Shown: piece after piece, positions 1 through 15,721 of the stretch
How positions within the stretch are numbered: the first letter of the stretch is position 1
Layout of the letters: every line of letters begins with the position of its first letter
Origin: the human T2T-CHM13v2.0 reference genome, Homo sapiens
DNA: 64,000 nt
Assembly: GCF_009914755.1 (NCBI RefSeq)
Contig: NC_060929.1
Direction: 5' to 3' (one strand)
Notes under the pieces: generated by a model
Seen by the model: only the letters and a program-made list of their open reading frames with translations
What the model was told of the DNA's origin: nothing
Databases searched by the model: none
Position numbers and translations under genes: made by a program

Positions 1-3000
1 CTTTGGGAGCCCATTAAGGACTATGGTGAAAAAGGAAATATCTTCAGATAAAAACTGGAAAAATTTTTCTGAGAAACTGCTTTGTTATGTTTGCATTCAA
101 CTCACAGAGTTAAACCTTTTTTTGTATTCCTCTCTTTGGAAACACTGCTTTGTCCATTCTGCAAATGGACTTTTGGGAATTAATTTAGGCTCATAGCAAA
201 AAATTGAATATCCCAGGATAAAAACTACAAGGAAGCTATCTGAAAAATCACTTTGTTATGTTTCCATTCATCTCCTAAACTTAAACCTTTCTTTTCATTC
301 AGCAGTTTGAATACAGTATTTTGGTAGAATCTCCAAAGGGATATCTGGGAGTGCATTGAGTTCTATAGTAAAAAAGGAAACAACTTCAAAAAAAACTAGA
401 AATAATGTTTCTGCAAAACTGCTTTGTGATAAGTGCATTCGTCTCACAGAGTTAAACATTTCATTGGATTCAGCAATTTGGAAACACTGTTTATATCCAT
501 TCTGTGATTGGACATTTGGAAACTCATTGACACCAATGTCAAAAAAGTGAATATTCCAGGATAAAAACTAAAAGGAAGCTATCTGAGAAATCGCTTTTTG
601 ATGTGGGCATTCATCTCCTAAAGTTAAGCGATTCTTTTCATTCAGCAATTTGGAGACACTATTTTGGTAGATTCTGCAAAGGGATATTTCAGAGGGTATT
701 GTTGCCAATTGAGAAAAAGGAAATATCTTCAGTTAAAAAGTAGAAAGTATCTTTTTGAGAAACTCCTTTGTGATATGTGCACGCATCTCACAGAGTTAAA
801 CCTTTCTTTGGATTCATCAGTTTGGAAACACTGTTATTGTCCAGTCTGCAAATGGACATTTGGGAACTCATTGAGGCCAATGAAAAAAAAATTGTCTATC
901 CCAGGATAAAAACTAGAAGGAAGATATCGGAGAAAGTTCTTTGTGATGTGTGCATTCATCTCACAGAGTTAAACCTGCCTTTTCATTCAGCGGATTGGAA
1001 ACAGTGTTTTATTAGAATCTGTGAAGGGATATTTTGGAGTGTATTGAAGCCTATGGTGAAAATCAAAACATCTTCAGATGAAAATGAGAAAGAATTATGA
1101 GAAACTGCTTTATGATGTGTACATTCAACTCACAAAGTTAAAGCTTGCTTGGATTCAGCAGTTTGGAAACAATGCTTTTGTCCATTCTTTGAAAGGACAT
1201 TTGGGAGCTCTTAGAGGCCAATGGGGAAAAAGCGAATATCCCAGTATAAAAACTAAAAGGTAACTAATGCAGAAACCCCTTTGTGATGTGTGCATTCTTC
1301 TCCTAGTGGTAAACTTTAGTTTCATTCAGCAGTTTCAAGTCACTGTTTTTGCAGTATCTGCATAGGGAATCTTGGGAGGGCATTGAGGCCTTAGATGAAA
1401 TAGCAAATAACTTCAGATAAAAAAGTAGAAAGAATCCTTCCGAGAAACTGCTTTGTGATGCATACATTCATCTCACAGAGTTAAACATTTCTTTGGATTC
1501 AGAAGTTTGGAAACACTGTTTTTGTCCATTTTTGCAAATGGATATTGGGGATCTCATTGAGGCCAATGGCAAAAAGTGAATATCCCAGCATAAATACTAG
1601 AAGGAAACTCTCTGAGAAACCACATTGTGATGTGTGCATTCATCTCACAGAATTCAACCTTTCTTTTCATTCAGCATTTTGGAAACACTGTTTTGCTAGA
1701 ATCTGTGAAGAGATATTTGGGAGTGCTTTGAGACCTATGGTGTGAAAGGAAATATCTTCAGATAAATACCAGAGAGAATCTTTCTGAGAAACCACTTTGT
1801 GATGTGTGCATTCATCTCACAGAGTTAAACCATTCTTTGGATTCAGCAGTTTGGAAACACTGTTTTTGTCCATTCTGTGAATGGACATTTTGGAACTCTT
1901 TCAGGCAGATACTGAAAAAATGAATATCCCAGGATGAAAACTAGAAGGAAGCTATCAGAGATAGTGCTTTGTGATGTGTGCATTCTTCTCCTAGGGTTAA
2001 ACTTTTCTTTTTCACTCAGTAGTTTGGAAAGAGTGTTTTGGGAGAATCTGCAAATGGATACTTGGGAGTGCATTGAAGCCTACAGTGAGCAAGGATATAT
2101 CTTCAGAGAAAAACTAGAAAGAATCTTTTGGGAAACTACTTTGTGATGTGTGCATTCATCTCACAGAGTTAAACCTTTCTCTTCATTCAGCAGTTTGGAA
2201 ACACAGTTTTTGTCCATTCTGCGAATGGACTTTTGGGAACTCATTGAAGCCAATGGCGAAAAAGTGAATATCCCAGGATAAAAACTAGTAAGAAGCTTTC
2301 TGAGAAACCGTTTTGCAACATGTGCCTTCATCTCACAGAGTTAAATATTTCTTTGGATTCATCTCTTTGGAAATTTTCCTTTTTTCCATTGTGTGAATGG
2401 ACATTTGGGAACCCTTTGGGGGCAATGGCAAAATGTGCATATCCCACGGTAAAAAAGAGATGTAGCTATCTGAGAAACCACTTTGTGATGTGTGCATTCA
2501 TCTTCTAAAGTTAAACTTTTCTTTTAATTCAGCAGTTTGGAAAAACTGCTTTGGTATTATCTGCAAAGAGATATTTGGGAGCCCTTTGAGGCCTATGGCA
2601 AAAAAGGAAATATATTCAGATAAAAACTAGAAAGAATCTTTCAAAGAAACTGCTTTGTGATGTGTTCATTCAGCTCACTGAGTTAAACCTTTCTTTGGAT
2701 TCAGCATTTTTAAAACACTATTTTTGTCCATTCTGCGAATGGACATTTGGGAACTCATTGAGGCCAATGGCAAAAAAGCAAATGTCCCAGAACAAAAACT
2801 AGAAGGGAGCTACCCAAGAACCACTTTATGATGTGTGCATTCATCTCCTAGGGTAAAACCTGTCTTTAGATTCCGCAGGTTAGAATCACTGTTTTTGCTG
2901 TATCTGCGAAGGCATATTTGGGAGCTCATTGATGCTTATGGTGGAAAGGAAATATCTTCAGATAAAAACTAGAAAGAATCTTACTGAGAAACTGCTTTTT

Positions 3001-5478
3001 GATGTGTGCGTTCATCTCATAGTGTTAAATGTTTCCTTGGACTCAGCAGTTTTGAAAACACTGTTGTTGTCCATTCTGTGAAAGGACATATGGTAACTCA
3101 TTATGGTCAATGGCAAAAAGCAAATATCCCAGGATAAAAACTAGAAGGAAGATATCTGAGAAACTGCTTTGTGATATGTGCATTCATCTAGCAAAATTAA
3201 ACCTTAAGTTTCATCCAGCAGTTTGGAAATACTGCTTTTGTAGAATCTGTGAAGGGATATTTGGGATCACATTGAGGCCTAGGGTGAAAAAGGAAATATG
3301 TTCAGATACAAACTGGAAAGAAACTTTCTGAGAAGTTGCTTTGTGATGTGTGCATTCATCTCACAGAGTGAAACATTTCCTTTGCTTCATATGTTTGGAA
3401 ACACTGTTTTTGTCCATTCTGCAAATGGACATTTTGAAACTCATTTAGGCCAATGGTGAAAAAATAAATATCCCTGGAGAAAAACTAGAGGGAAGCAATC
3501 TGAGAAACTGATTTGTGATGTGTGCATTCATCTCCTAAAGTTACACATTTCTTTTCATTCAGCAGCTTGGAAACACTGTTCTGGTTGAACCTGAGAAAGG
3601 ATATTTGAAGAAAATTGAGGCCATTGGTGAGAAAGAAACTATATTCAGATGAAAACTAGAAAGAATCTTTCTGAAAAATTGCTTTTTGACGTGTGCATTC
3701 ATATCACAGAGTTAAAGTTTTCTTTCTATTCAACAGTTTGTAAACACTGTTTTTGTCCATTCTGTGAATGAACATTTTTGAGCTCATTGAGGCCAATTGT
3801 GAAAAGTGAATATCCCAGGATAAATCCTAGAAGGAAGCTTTCTGAGAAACCACGATATGATGTGTGCATTCATCTCGCATATGTAAACTTTTATTTTCAC
3901 TCAGCAGTTTAGAAACACTGTTTTGGTAGAATCTGAGAAGGGATATTTGGGAGCACACTGAGGCCTATGGTGAAAAAGGAAACATATACAGATAAAAACA
4001 GTAAGAAATTTTCTGAGAAACTGGTTTGTGTTTTCTGTATTCATCTCAGAAATTTAAAAGTATCTTTGGTTTCATCTATCTGGAAATAACTGTTTCTGTC
4101 CATTCTGCAAAAGGACATTTGGGAACTCATTGAGGCACAGGGTGGAAAAGTGAATATCCCAGAATAAAAACTAGAAGGAAGCTATCTGAGAAACTGCTTT
4201 GTGATGCATGCATTCATCTCCTAAAATTAAATGTTGTTTCTTTTCACTTAGCAGTTTGGAAACACTGTTTTGTTTGATTCTATGAAGGGATATTTGGGAG
4301 TGCATTGAGGCCTATGGTGAAAAAGGAAATATCTTCAGACAAAAACGAGAAAGACTCTTTCTGAGAAACTGCTTTTTGATGTGTGCTTTCATGTCAGAGT
4401 TAATCCTTTGTTTTGATTCAGAAGTTGGGAGGCACTGATATTGTCCATTCTGTGAATGGACATTTGGGAACTCATTGAGGCCAACAGTGAAAAAGTGATA
4501 AAAACTAGAAGGAAGTTATATGAGAAAACACTTTGTGAGGTGTGCACTCATCTCCAGGAGTTAAACCTTTCTTTTCGTTTAGCATGTTAGAATCACAGTT
4601 TTTGCAATATCTGCGAAGGCATATTTGGGAGGGCATTGAGGTCTATGGTGAAAAAGGAAATATCTTCAGAGAAAAACTAAAAAGAAGCTTTCTGAGAAAG
4701 GACTGCTTTGGGACTGTTCATTCATTTCACAGAGTTATACATTCCTTTGGATGCAGCAGCTTCGAAACTATGTTTTTGTCCATTCTGTGAAAGGACACAT
4801 GGGAACTCTTTGAGGCCAATGGCGAAAAACAGAATATCCCAGGATAAAAATTAGAAGGAAGCTATCTCAGAAACTGCTTAGTGATGTGTGTACTCATCTC
4901 GTAGAGTTAAACTTTTCTTTTCATTCAACAGTTTGGAAACATGGTTCTGGAAGAACCTGCAAAGGTATGTTTGGGAGCACACAGACACCTATTGTGACAA
5001 ATGAAGTATCTTCAGAGAAAAACTAGAAAGAAGCATGCTGAGAAACTGCTCTGTGATGTGTGCATTCATCTCACAGAGTTAAAACTTTCTCTGGATTCAG
5101 CAGTTTAGAAACACTGTTTTTGTCCATTTTGCAAATGGACATTTTGCAACTCAGTCAGGCCAATGGCGATAAAACGAATATCCCAGGTTAAAAACTAGAA
5201 GCAAGCTATCTGAGAAATCACTTTGTGAAGCACGATTTCATCTCCTAGGGTTACACCTTTCTTTTCTTTCGGCAGTTTGAAATCCCTGTTTTTGTAGAGT
5301 CTGCAAAGGGATATGTGGGAGCTCATTGATTACAAAGGCAAAAAAGGAATATCTTAGAATAAAAACTAGAAGGAAGCTATCTGAGAAACCACTTTGGATG
5401 TGTGCATTGGTCTCCTAGAGTAAAACCTTTCCTTTCATTCAGCAGTTTGGAGAAATTGTTTTTGCAATATCTGCAAAG
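1..5478 (+). repeat. Diverged alpha satellite, dimeric (alternating two ~171-172 bp monomer types), forward orientation
   Basis: Recurrent CTGAGAAACTGCTTTGTGATGTGTGCATTCATCTCACAGAGTTAAAC core every ~171 bp. Monomers mostly alternate between GTCCATTCTGYGAATGGACATTTGGGA..GGCCAATGG..AATATCCCAGGATAAAAACTAGAAGGAAG and GGTAGAATCTG..GGGATATTTGGGAG..GGCCTATGGTGAAAAAGGAAATATCTTCAGATAAAAACTAGAAAG. Confidence 0.97.
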
Positions 5479-5480
5479 TG

Positions 5481-6524
5481 AAAAACTGTTTCCAATCTGC
5501 TGCATCCAAAGAAATGTTTGACTCTGTGAGATGAATGCACACATGATGAATCAGTCTCTCAGAAAGCTTCTTTCTAGTTTTTCTCTAAAGATATTTCCTT
5601 TCTCATCATAGGCCTCAATGTGCTCCCAAGTTTTTCTTCACAGATAATGCAAAAACAGTGATTTCAAACTGCTGAATGAAAAGTAAGGTTTATCTCATGA
5701 GATGAAGGTACACATCAAAATGCAGTTTCTCAGAGAACTTCTTTCTAGTTTTTATCTGAAGATATTTCCTTTTCCACCATAGGCCTCAATGCGCTCCCAA
5801 ATATCCCTTCATAGATCCTACCAAAACAGTGTTTCCAAACTGCTGAATGAAAAGAAAGTTTTAACTCTAGGAGAGGAATGCACACATCACAAAGCAGTTT
5901 CTCAGATACGTTCCTTCTAGTTTTTATCCTGGGATATTCACTTCTTCGCCATTGGCCTCAGTGAGTTCCCAAATGTCCATTCAAAGAATGGACAAAAACA
6001 GTGTTTCCAAACTGCTGAATCTAAAGAAAGGTTTATCTTTTCTAGTTGAATGCACACATCAAAAAGCAGTTTCTCAGAAATCTTCCTTCTAGCTTTTATC
6101 TGAAGATAATTCCTTTTTCACCATAGGCCTCAAAGTTCTCCCAAATATCCTTTCACAAATTCTACAAAAACAGTGTTTCTAAACTTCTGAAAGAAAAGTT
6201 TAACTCTGTGAGATGAATGCACACACCACAACGCTGTTTCTCAGATTGCTTCTTTCTGGTTTTGATCCTGGGATATTCACTTTTTCACAATTGGCCTCAT
6301 TGATATCCCAAATGTCCATTCACAGAAATTACAAAAACAAACTTTCCAAACTTCTGAATGCAAAGAAATGTTTAACTCTTTTTGATGAAGGCACACATCA
6401 CAAGACACTTTCTTGGAAAGATTCTTTCCAGTTCTTATGTGATGATATTTCCTTGTTCACCCAAGAGCTCATTATGCTTCCAAATATCCATTCGCAGATC
6501 CTACCAGAAAAGTGTTTCCAGACT
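5481..6524 (-). repeat. Alpha satellite, dimeric type, reverse orientation (left part of inverted block)
   Basis: Reverse-complement core GTTTAACTCTGTGAGATGAATGCACACATCACAAAGCAGTTTCTCAG begins just after ATCTGCAAAG at ~5,478 and runs to the L1 5' end. Confidence 0.96.
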
Positions 6525-6965
6525 GGAGGAGCCAAGATGGCCGAATAGGAACAACTCCAGTCTACAGCTCCCAGCATGAGCAACGCAGAAGACAGGTGAT
6601 TTCTGCATTTCCATCTGAGGTACCAGGTTCATCGCAGTAGGGAATGCCAGAGAGTGGGCACAGGTAAGGCATGCACCGTGTGCTAGCAGAAGCAGGGTGA
6701 GGCATTGTCTCACACGGGAAGTGCAAGGAGTCAGGGAGTTATCTTTCCTAGTCAAAGAAAGGGGTGACAGATGGCACCTGGAAAACTGGGTCACTCCAAC
6801 CAGAATACTGCGCTTTTCTGATGGGCTTAAAAAATGATGAACCAGATTATATCCCGCACCTGGCTCAAATGGTCCTAGGCCCATGGAATCTCGCTGATTG
6901 TTAGCACAGCAGTCTGAGATCAAACTGCAAGGTGGCAGTGAGGCTGGGGGAGGGGCGCCCACTAT
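6501..6965 (-). pseudogene. ORF0: L1 ORF0 (antisense ORF) relic, start codon mutated
   Basis: The frame encodes GAPPPASLPPCSLISDCCANNQRDS..EKRSILVGVTQFSRC, recognisably primate L1 ORF0. The ATG position reads ATA (6,965-6,963) followed by GTG. Confidence 0.75.
6506..6520 (+). repeat. L1 target-site duplication, left copy (AGAAAAGTGTTTCCA)
   Basis: Identical 15-mer at 12,547-12,561. It may extend to 20 bp with two mismatches (GACTG vs AAGTG). Confidence 0.93.
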
Positions 6966-7421
6966 TGCCCAGGCTTGCTTATGTAAACAAAGCAGCTGGG
7001 AAGCTCAAAATGGGTGGAGCCCACCACAGCTCAAGGAGGCCTGCCTGCCTCTGTAGGCTCCAACTCTGGGGGCAGGGCGCAGACAAACAAAAACACAGCA
7101 GTAACCTCTGCAGACTTGAAAGTCCCTGTCTGACACCTTTGAAGAGAGCAGTAGTACTCCCAGTATGCAGCTGGAGAACTGAGAACGGGCAGACTGCCTC
7201 CTCAAGTGGGTCCCTGACCCCTGCCCCCAAGCAGGATAACTGGGAGGCACCCCCAGCAGGGACAGACTGACAGCACACACGGCCGGGTACCCCAACAGAC
7301 CTGAAGCTGAGGGTCCTGTCTGTTAGAAGGAAAACTAACAAACAGAAAGGACATCATCCACACCAAAAACCCATCTGTACATCACCATCATCAAAAACCA
7401 AAAGTAGATAAAACCACAAAG
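6525..7421 (+). promoter_or_regulatory. L1 5'UTR internal promoter region, with intact YY1 motif (AAGATGGCC, 6,534-6,542)
   Basis: Standard L1PA 5'UTR sequence. Many CpGs have decayed to TpG/CpA, so current activity is doubtful. Confidence 0.8.
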
Positions 7422-8436
7422 ATGGGGAAAAAACAGAGCAGAAAAACTGGAAACTCTCAAAAGAAGAGGACCTCTCCTCCTCCAAAGGAATGCAGTTCCT
7501 CACAGCAACAGAACACAGCTGGATGGAGAATGACTTTGATGAGCTGAGAGAAGAAGGCTTCAGACGATCAAATTACTCCGAGCTACGGGAGGACATTCAA
7601 ACCAAAGGCAAAGAAGTTGAAAACTTTGAAAAAAATTTAGAAGAATGTGTAACTAGAATAACCAATACAGAGAAGTGCTTAAAGGAGCTGATGGAGCTGA
7701 AAACCAAGGCTCGAGAACTACGTGAAGAATACAGAAGCCTCAGGAGCCGATGTGATCAACTGGAAGAAAGTGTATCAGCGATGGAAGATGAAATGAATGA
7801 AATGAAGCAAGAAGGGAAGTTTGGAGAAAAAAGAATAAAAAGAAACGAGCAAAGCCTCCAAGAAATATGGGACTATGTGAAAAGACCAAATCTACATCTG
7901 ACTGGTGTACCGGAAAGTGACGGGGAGAATGGAACCAAGTTGGAAAACACTCCACAGGCTATTATCCAGGAAAACTTGCCCAAACTCACAAGGCAGGCTA
8001 ATATTCAGACGCAGGAAATACAGAGAATGCCACAATGATACTCCTCAAGAATAGCAACTCCAAGCACATAATTGTCAGATTCACCAAAGTTGAAATGAAG
8101 GAAAAAATATTAAGGGCAGCCAGAGAGAAAGGTCGGGTTACCCTCAAAGGGAAGCCCATCAGACTAACAGCAGGTCTCTCGGCAGAAACTCTACAAGCCA
8201 GAAGAGAGTCTGGGCCAATATTCAACATTCTTAAAGAAAAGAATTTTCAACCCAGAGTTTCATATCCAGCCAAACTAAGCTTCATAAGTGAAGGAGAAAT
8301 AGAATCCTTTACAGACAAGCAAATGCTGAGAGATTTTGTCACCACAAGGCCTGCCCTAAAAGAGCTCCTGAAGGAAGTGCTAAACATGGAAAGGAACAAC
8401 CGGTACCAGCTGCTGCAAAATCATGCCAAAATGTAA
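7422..8436 (+). pseudogene. ORF1: L1 ORF1p (coiled-coil, RNA-binding chaperone), disrupted
   Basis: ATGGGGAAAAAACAGAGC start at 7,422 and ..QNHAKM* end at 8,436. One-base deletions near 7,503 and 8,064 and a premature TGA at 8,036-8,038 split it into ORF-track pieces 7,490-8,038 and 8,035-8,436. Confidence 0.95.
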
Positions 8437-8499
8437 AGACCATCGAGACTAGGAAGAAACTGCATCAACTAACGAGCAAAATAACCAGCGAACATCATA

Positions 8500-12323
<3,824 letters not shown>

Positions 12324-12546
12324 AAAATGAGAACACACGGACACAGGAAGGGGAACATCACACTCTGGGGACTGTTGTGGAGTGGGGGGGATGGGGGGAG
12401 ATATGGCTTTGGGAGATATACCTAATGCTAGATGGCGAGTTGATGGGTGCAGCGCTCCAGCATGGCACATGTATACATATGTAGCTAACCTGCACATTGT
12501 GCCCATGTACCCTAAAACTTAAAGTAAAATAATAATAAATAAAAAA

Positions 12547-12561
12547 AGAAAAGTGTTTCCA
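12547..12561 (+). repeat. L1 target-site duplication, right copy (AGAAAAGTGTTTCCA)
   Basis: Follows the A-rich tail directly; the alpha monomer resumes in register after it. Confidence 0.93.
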
Positions 12562-14718
12562 AAGTGCTGAATGAAAAGGAAGGTTTATGTCTATGAGATG
12601 AATGCACACATCATAAAGTGATGTCTCAGATAGCTACCTTCTAGGTTTTATCCTGGGGTATTCCCTTTTTCACTTTTATCCTCAGTGAACTCCCAAATGT
12701 CTATTCACAGAATAGATAAATTGGTGCTTCCAAAATGCTGAATCTAAAGAAAGGTTTAAATTCGTGAGTTAAATGTACACAACAGAAAGCACTTTCTCAG
12801 AAATATTCTTCCTACCTTCTATCTGAAATTATTTCCTTTTTCACCATAGACCTGAATGCAGCCAAAAATATCCCTTCACAGATTCTACCAAAACAGTGTT
12901 TCCAAACTGAAGGATGAAAAGAATGGTTTAACTCTAGGAGGTAAAAGGACACATCACAAAGTGGTTTCTCAGATAGCTTCTGTCTAGGTTTTACTCTGGG
13001 ATATTTGCTTTTTTGCCGTTGGCCTCAATGAGTTCCCAAATGTCCATTGGCAGAGTCAAAAAAGAAAAAAACTGTTTTTCCAAACTCCTAAATCCCAAGA
13101 AAGTTTTAACTCTGTGAGATGAATGCACACATCACAAAGCAGTTTCTCAGAAAGATTTTTTCTAGTTCTTATCTGAAAGTGTTTCATTTATCACAGTAGG
13201 CCTCAGTTTGCTCCCATATATCCCTTTGAAGATTTTACCAAAACAGTGTGTCCAAACTGCTGAATTGAAAGAAACGTTTAACTTGGCGAGATGAATTCAC
13301 ACATCACAACGTGCTTTCTCAGATAGCTTACTTCTAGTTTATATCCTGGGATGTTAGCTTTTTTGCCATTGGCCTCAGTGAGCTCCCAAATGTCCATTCA
13401 AGAGACAAAAACAGTGTTTCCAAACTACTGAATCCAAAGAAACGTTTAACTCTGTGAGATGAATGCAAACAACACAAGGCAGTTTCTAGAAATCTTCTTT
13501 CTAGTTTTTATCTGAAGCTATTTCTTTTTTCACCATAGGCCCCAATGTGCTTGTAAATATCCCTTCCAAGATTCGACAAAAACAGTGTTTCCAAACTGCT
13601 GAATGAAAAGAAAGGTTTAACTCTAGAAGGTTAATGCACTCATCCCAACCAGTTTCTCAGATAGCTTTATTCTAGCTTTTAATCCTTGGATATTTGCTTT
13701 TTCTCCATTGACCTCAGTGAGTTCCCAAATGTCCATTCGCAGAATGGACGAAAACTGTGTTTCCAAACTGGCTGAATCCAAAAGAAGGTTTAACTCTGTG
13801 AAATAAATGCACACATCACAAAGTAGTTTCTCAGAAAGCTTCTTTCAACTTATTATCTGAAGATAATGCATTTTTCACCATAGGCCTCAAAGAGCTCCTG
13901 AATATCCCTCTGCAGATTCTACCAAAACATTGTTTCCAAACTACTGAATGAAAAGAAAAGTATAACGTTGCAGGATGAATGCACATGTCACAAACACTTT
14001 CTCACATAGCTTCCTTGTAGTTTATATCCTGGGATATTTGCTTTTCCACCATTGATGTCAATGAGCTCCTAAATGTCCAATTGCAAAATGGACAAAAACA
14101 GAGTTTCCAAAGTGTAGAAACCATGGAAACGTTTAACTCTATGAGATAAAGGCACACATCACAAAGCAGTTTCTCAAAAAGTCTCTTTCTAGGTTTTATC
14201 TGAATATATTTCCTTTTTCACCATAGACCTGATTGCTCTCCCAAATGTCCCTTCACGGATTCTATCAAAAGAGTGCTTCCATACTGCTGAGTGAATGGAA
14301 AGTTTTAACTTAAGGAGATGAAAGCACACCTCACAAACAGTTTCTCAGGTAGCTTCCTTCTAGTTTTTATCCTGGGATATTTTCTTTTTTGCCATTGGAC
14401 TCAATGAATTTCCAAGTGTCCATTCACAGAATGGATAAAAACAGTGTTTGTAAACTGTTGAATCAAAACAAAGGTTAACTCTGTGAGACGAATGCACACA
14501 TCACAAAGCAGTTTTTCAGAAGTATTCTTTCTAGTTTCTATGTGAAGATATTTCCTTTTTCACCATTGGACTCAATGCCCTCCAAAATATCCCTTAGCAG
14601 ATTCTACCAAAAGAGTGTTTCCAAAATGCTGAATGAAGAGAATGGTTTAACTCTAAGAGATTAATGCACACTTCAAAAAACTATTTCTCAAATAGCTTCC
14701 TTCAAGCTTTTATCCAGG
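12548..14718 (-). repeat. Alpha satellite, dimeric type, reverse orientation (right part of inverted block)
   Basis: Reverse-complement monomers continue to ..CTTCAAGCTTTTATCCAGG at 14,718. Confidence 0.96.
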
Positions 14719-15287
14719 AATCACTGTTTTTGAAGTATCTGCAAAGGGAAATTTGGGAGCACATTGAAGTCTTTGATGAAATAGGATATATCTTTAGATA
14801 AAAACTAGAAAGAAACTTTCTGAGCAACTGCTTTGTGGTGTCTGCATTCATGTCACCATTCAATGTCTTAAACATTTCTTTGGATTCAGGAGTTTGGAAT
14901 CACTGTTTTTGTGCATTCTGCAAATGGACAATTCAGAGCTCACTGAGGCCAATGGCGAAAAAGGGAATATCCCAGGATAAATACTAGAAGGAAACTATCT
15001 AGAAAACTGTGTTGTGATATTTGCATTCATCTCGCAGATTTAAACATTCCTTTTCATTCAGCAGTTTGTAAATATGGTTTTGTTAGAACGTGCAAAGAGA
15101 TATATGAGCACACATTGAAGCCTATGGTGAAAAAGAAAATATCTTGAGATGAGAACGAGAAAGAAGCTTTCTGAGAAACTGCTTCATGATGTGTCCATTC
15201 ATCTCACAGAGTTAAACCTTCCTTTGGGTTCATCTGTTTGGTAACACTGCTTTTGTCCATTCAGTGAATGGACATTTGGGAACTCAT

Positions 15288-15721
15288 TGAGGCCAAAGGC
15301 CAAAAAGTGAATATCCCAGGATAAAAACTTGAAGGAAGCTATCTGAGAAACCGTTTTGTGATGTGTGCATTCTTCTCCTAAATTTAAACATTTATTTTCA
15401 TTCAGCATTTTGGAAAAACTGTTTTTGTAGCATTTGCAAAGGTATTTTTCAGAGCACATTGAGGTCTATGGTGAAAAAGGAACTATATTCACATAAAAAG
15501 TAGAAAGAATCTTTCTGAGGCCAATGGCCAAAAAGTGAATACCCCAGGATAAAAACTTGAAGGAAGCTATCTGAGAAACTGCTTTGTGATGTGTGCATTC
15601 TTCTCCTAAATTTAAACGTTTATTTTCATTCAGCATTGCAAAGGTATTTTTCAGAGCACATTGAGGCCTATGGTGAAAAAGGAACTATATTCACATAAAA
15701 ACTAGAAAGAATCTTTCTGAG
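15288..15721 (+). repeat. Out-of-register 228 bp tandem duplication within the satellite
   Basis: 15,288-15,515 is repeated at 15,516-15,717 with shared rare variants (GGTATTTTTCAGAGCAC, GGAACTATATTCACAT). The second copy has a 26 bp deletion. Confidence 0.9.

Noticed and set aside
1-3850. Extension of the 42.5 kb-offset paralogy to the window start
   Set aside because: I could not find convincing shared private variants with 42,500-46,300 by eye, so it is left unclaimed pending alignment.
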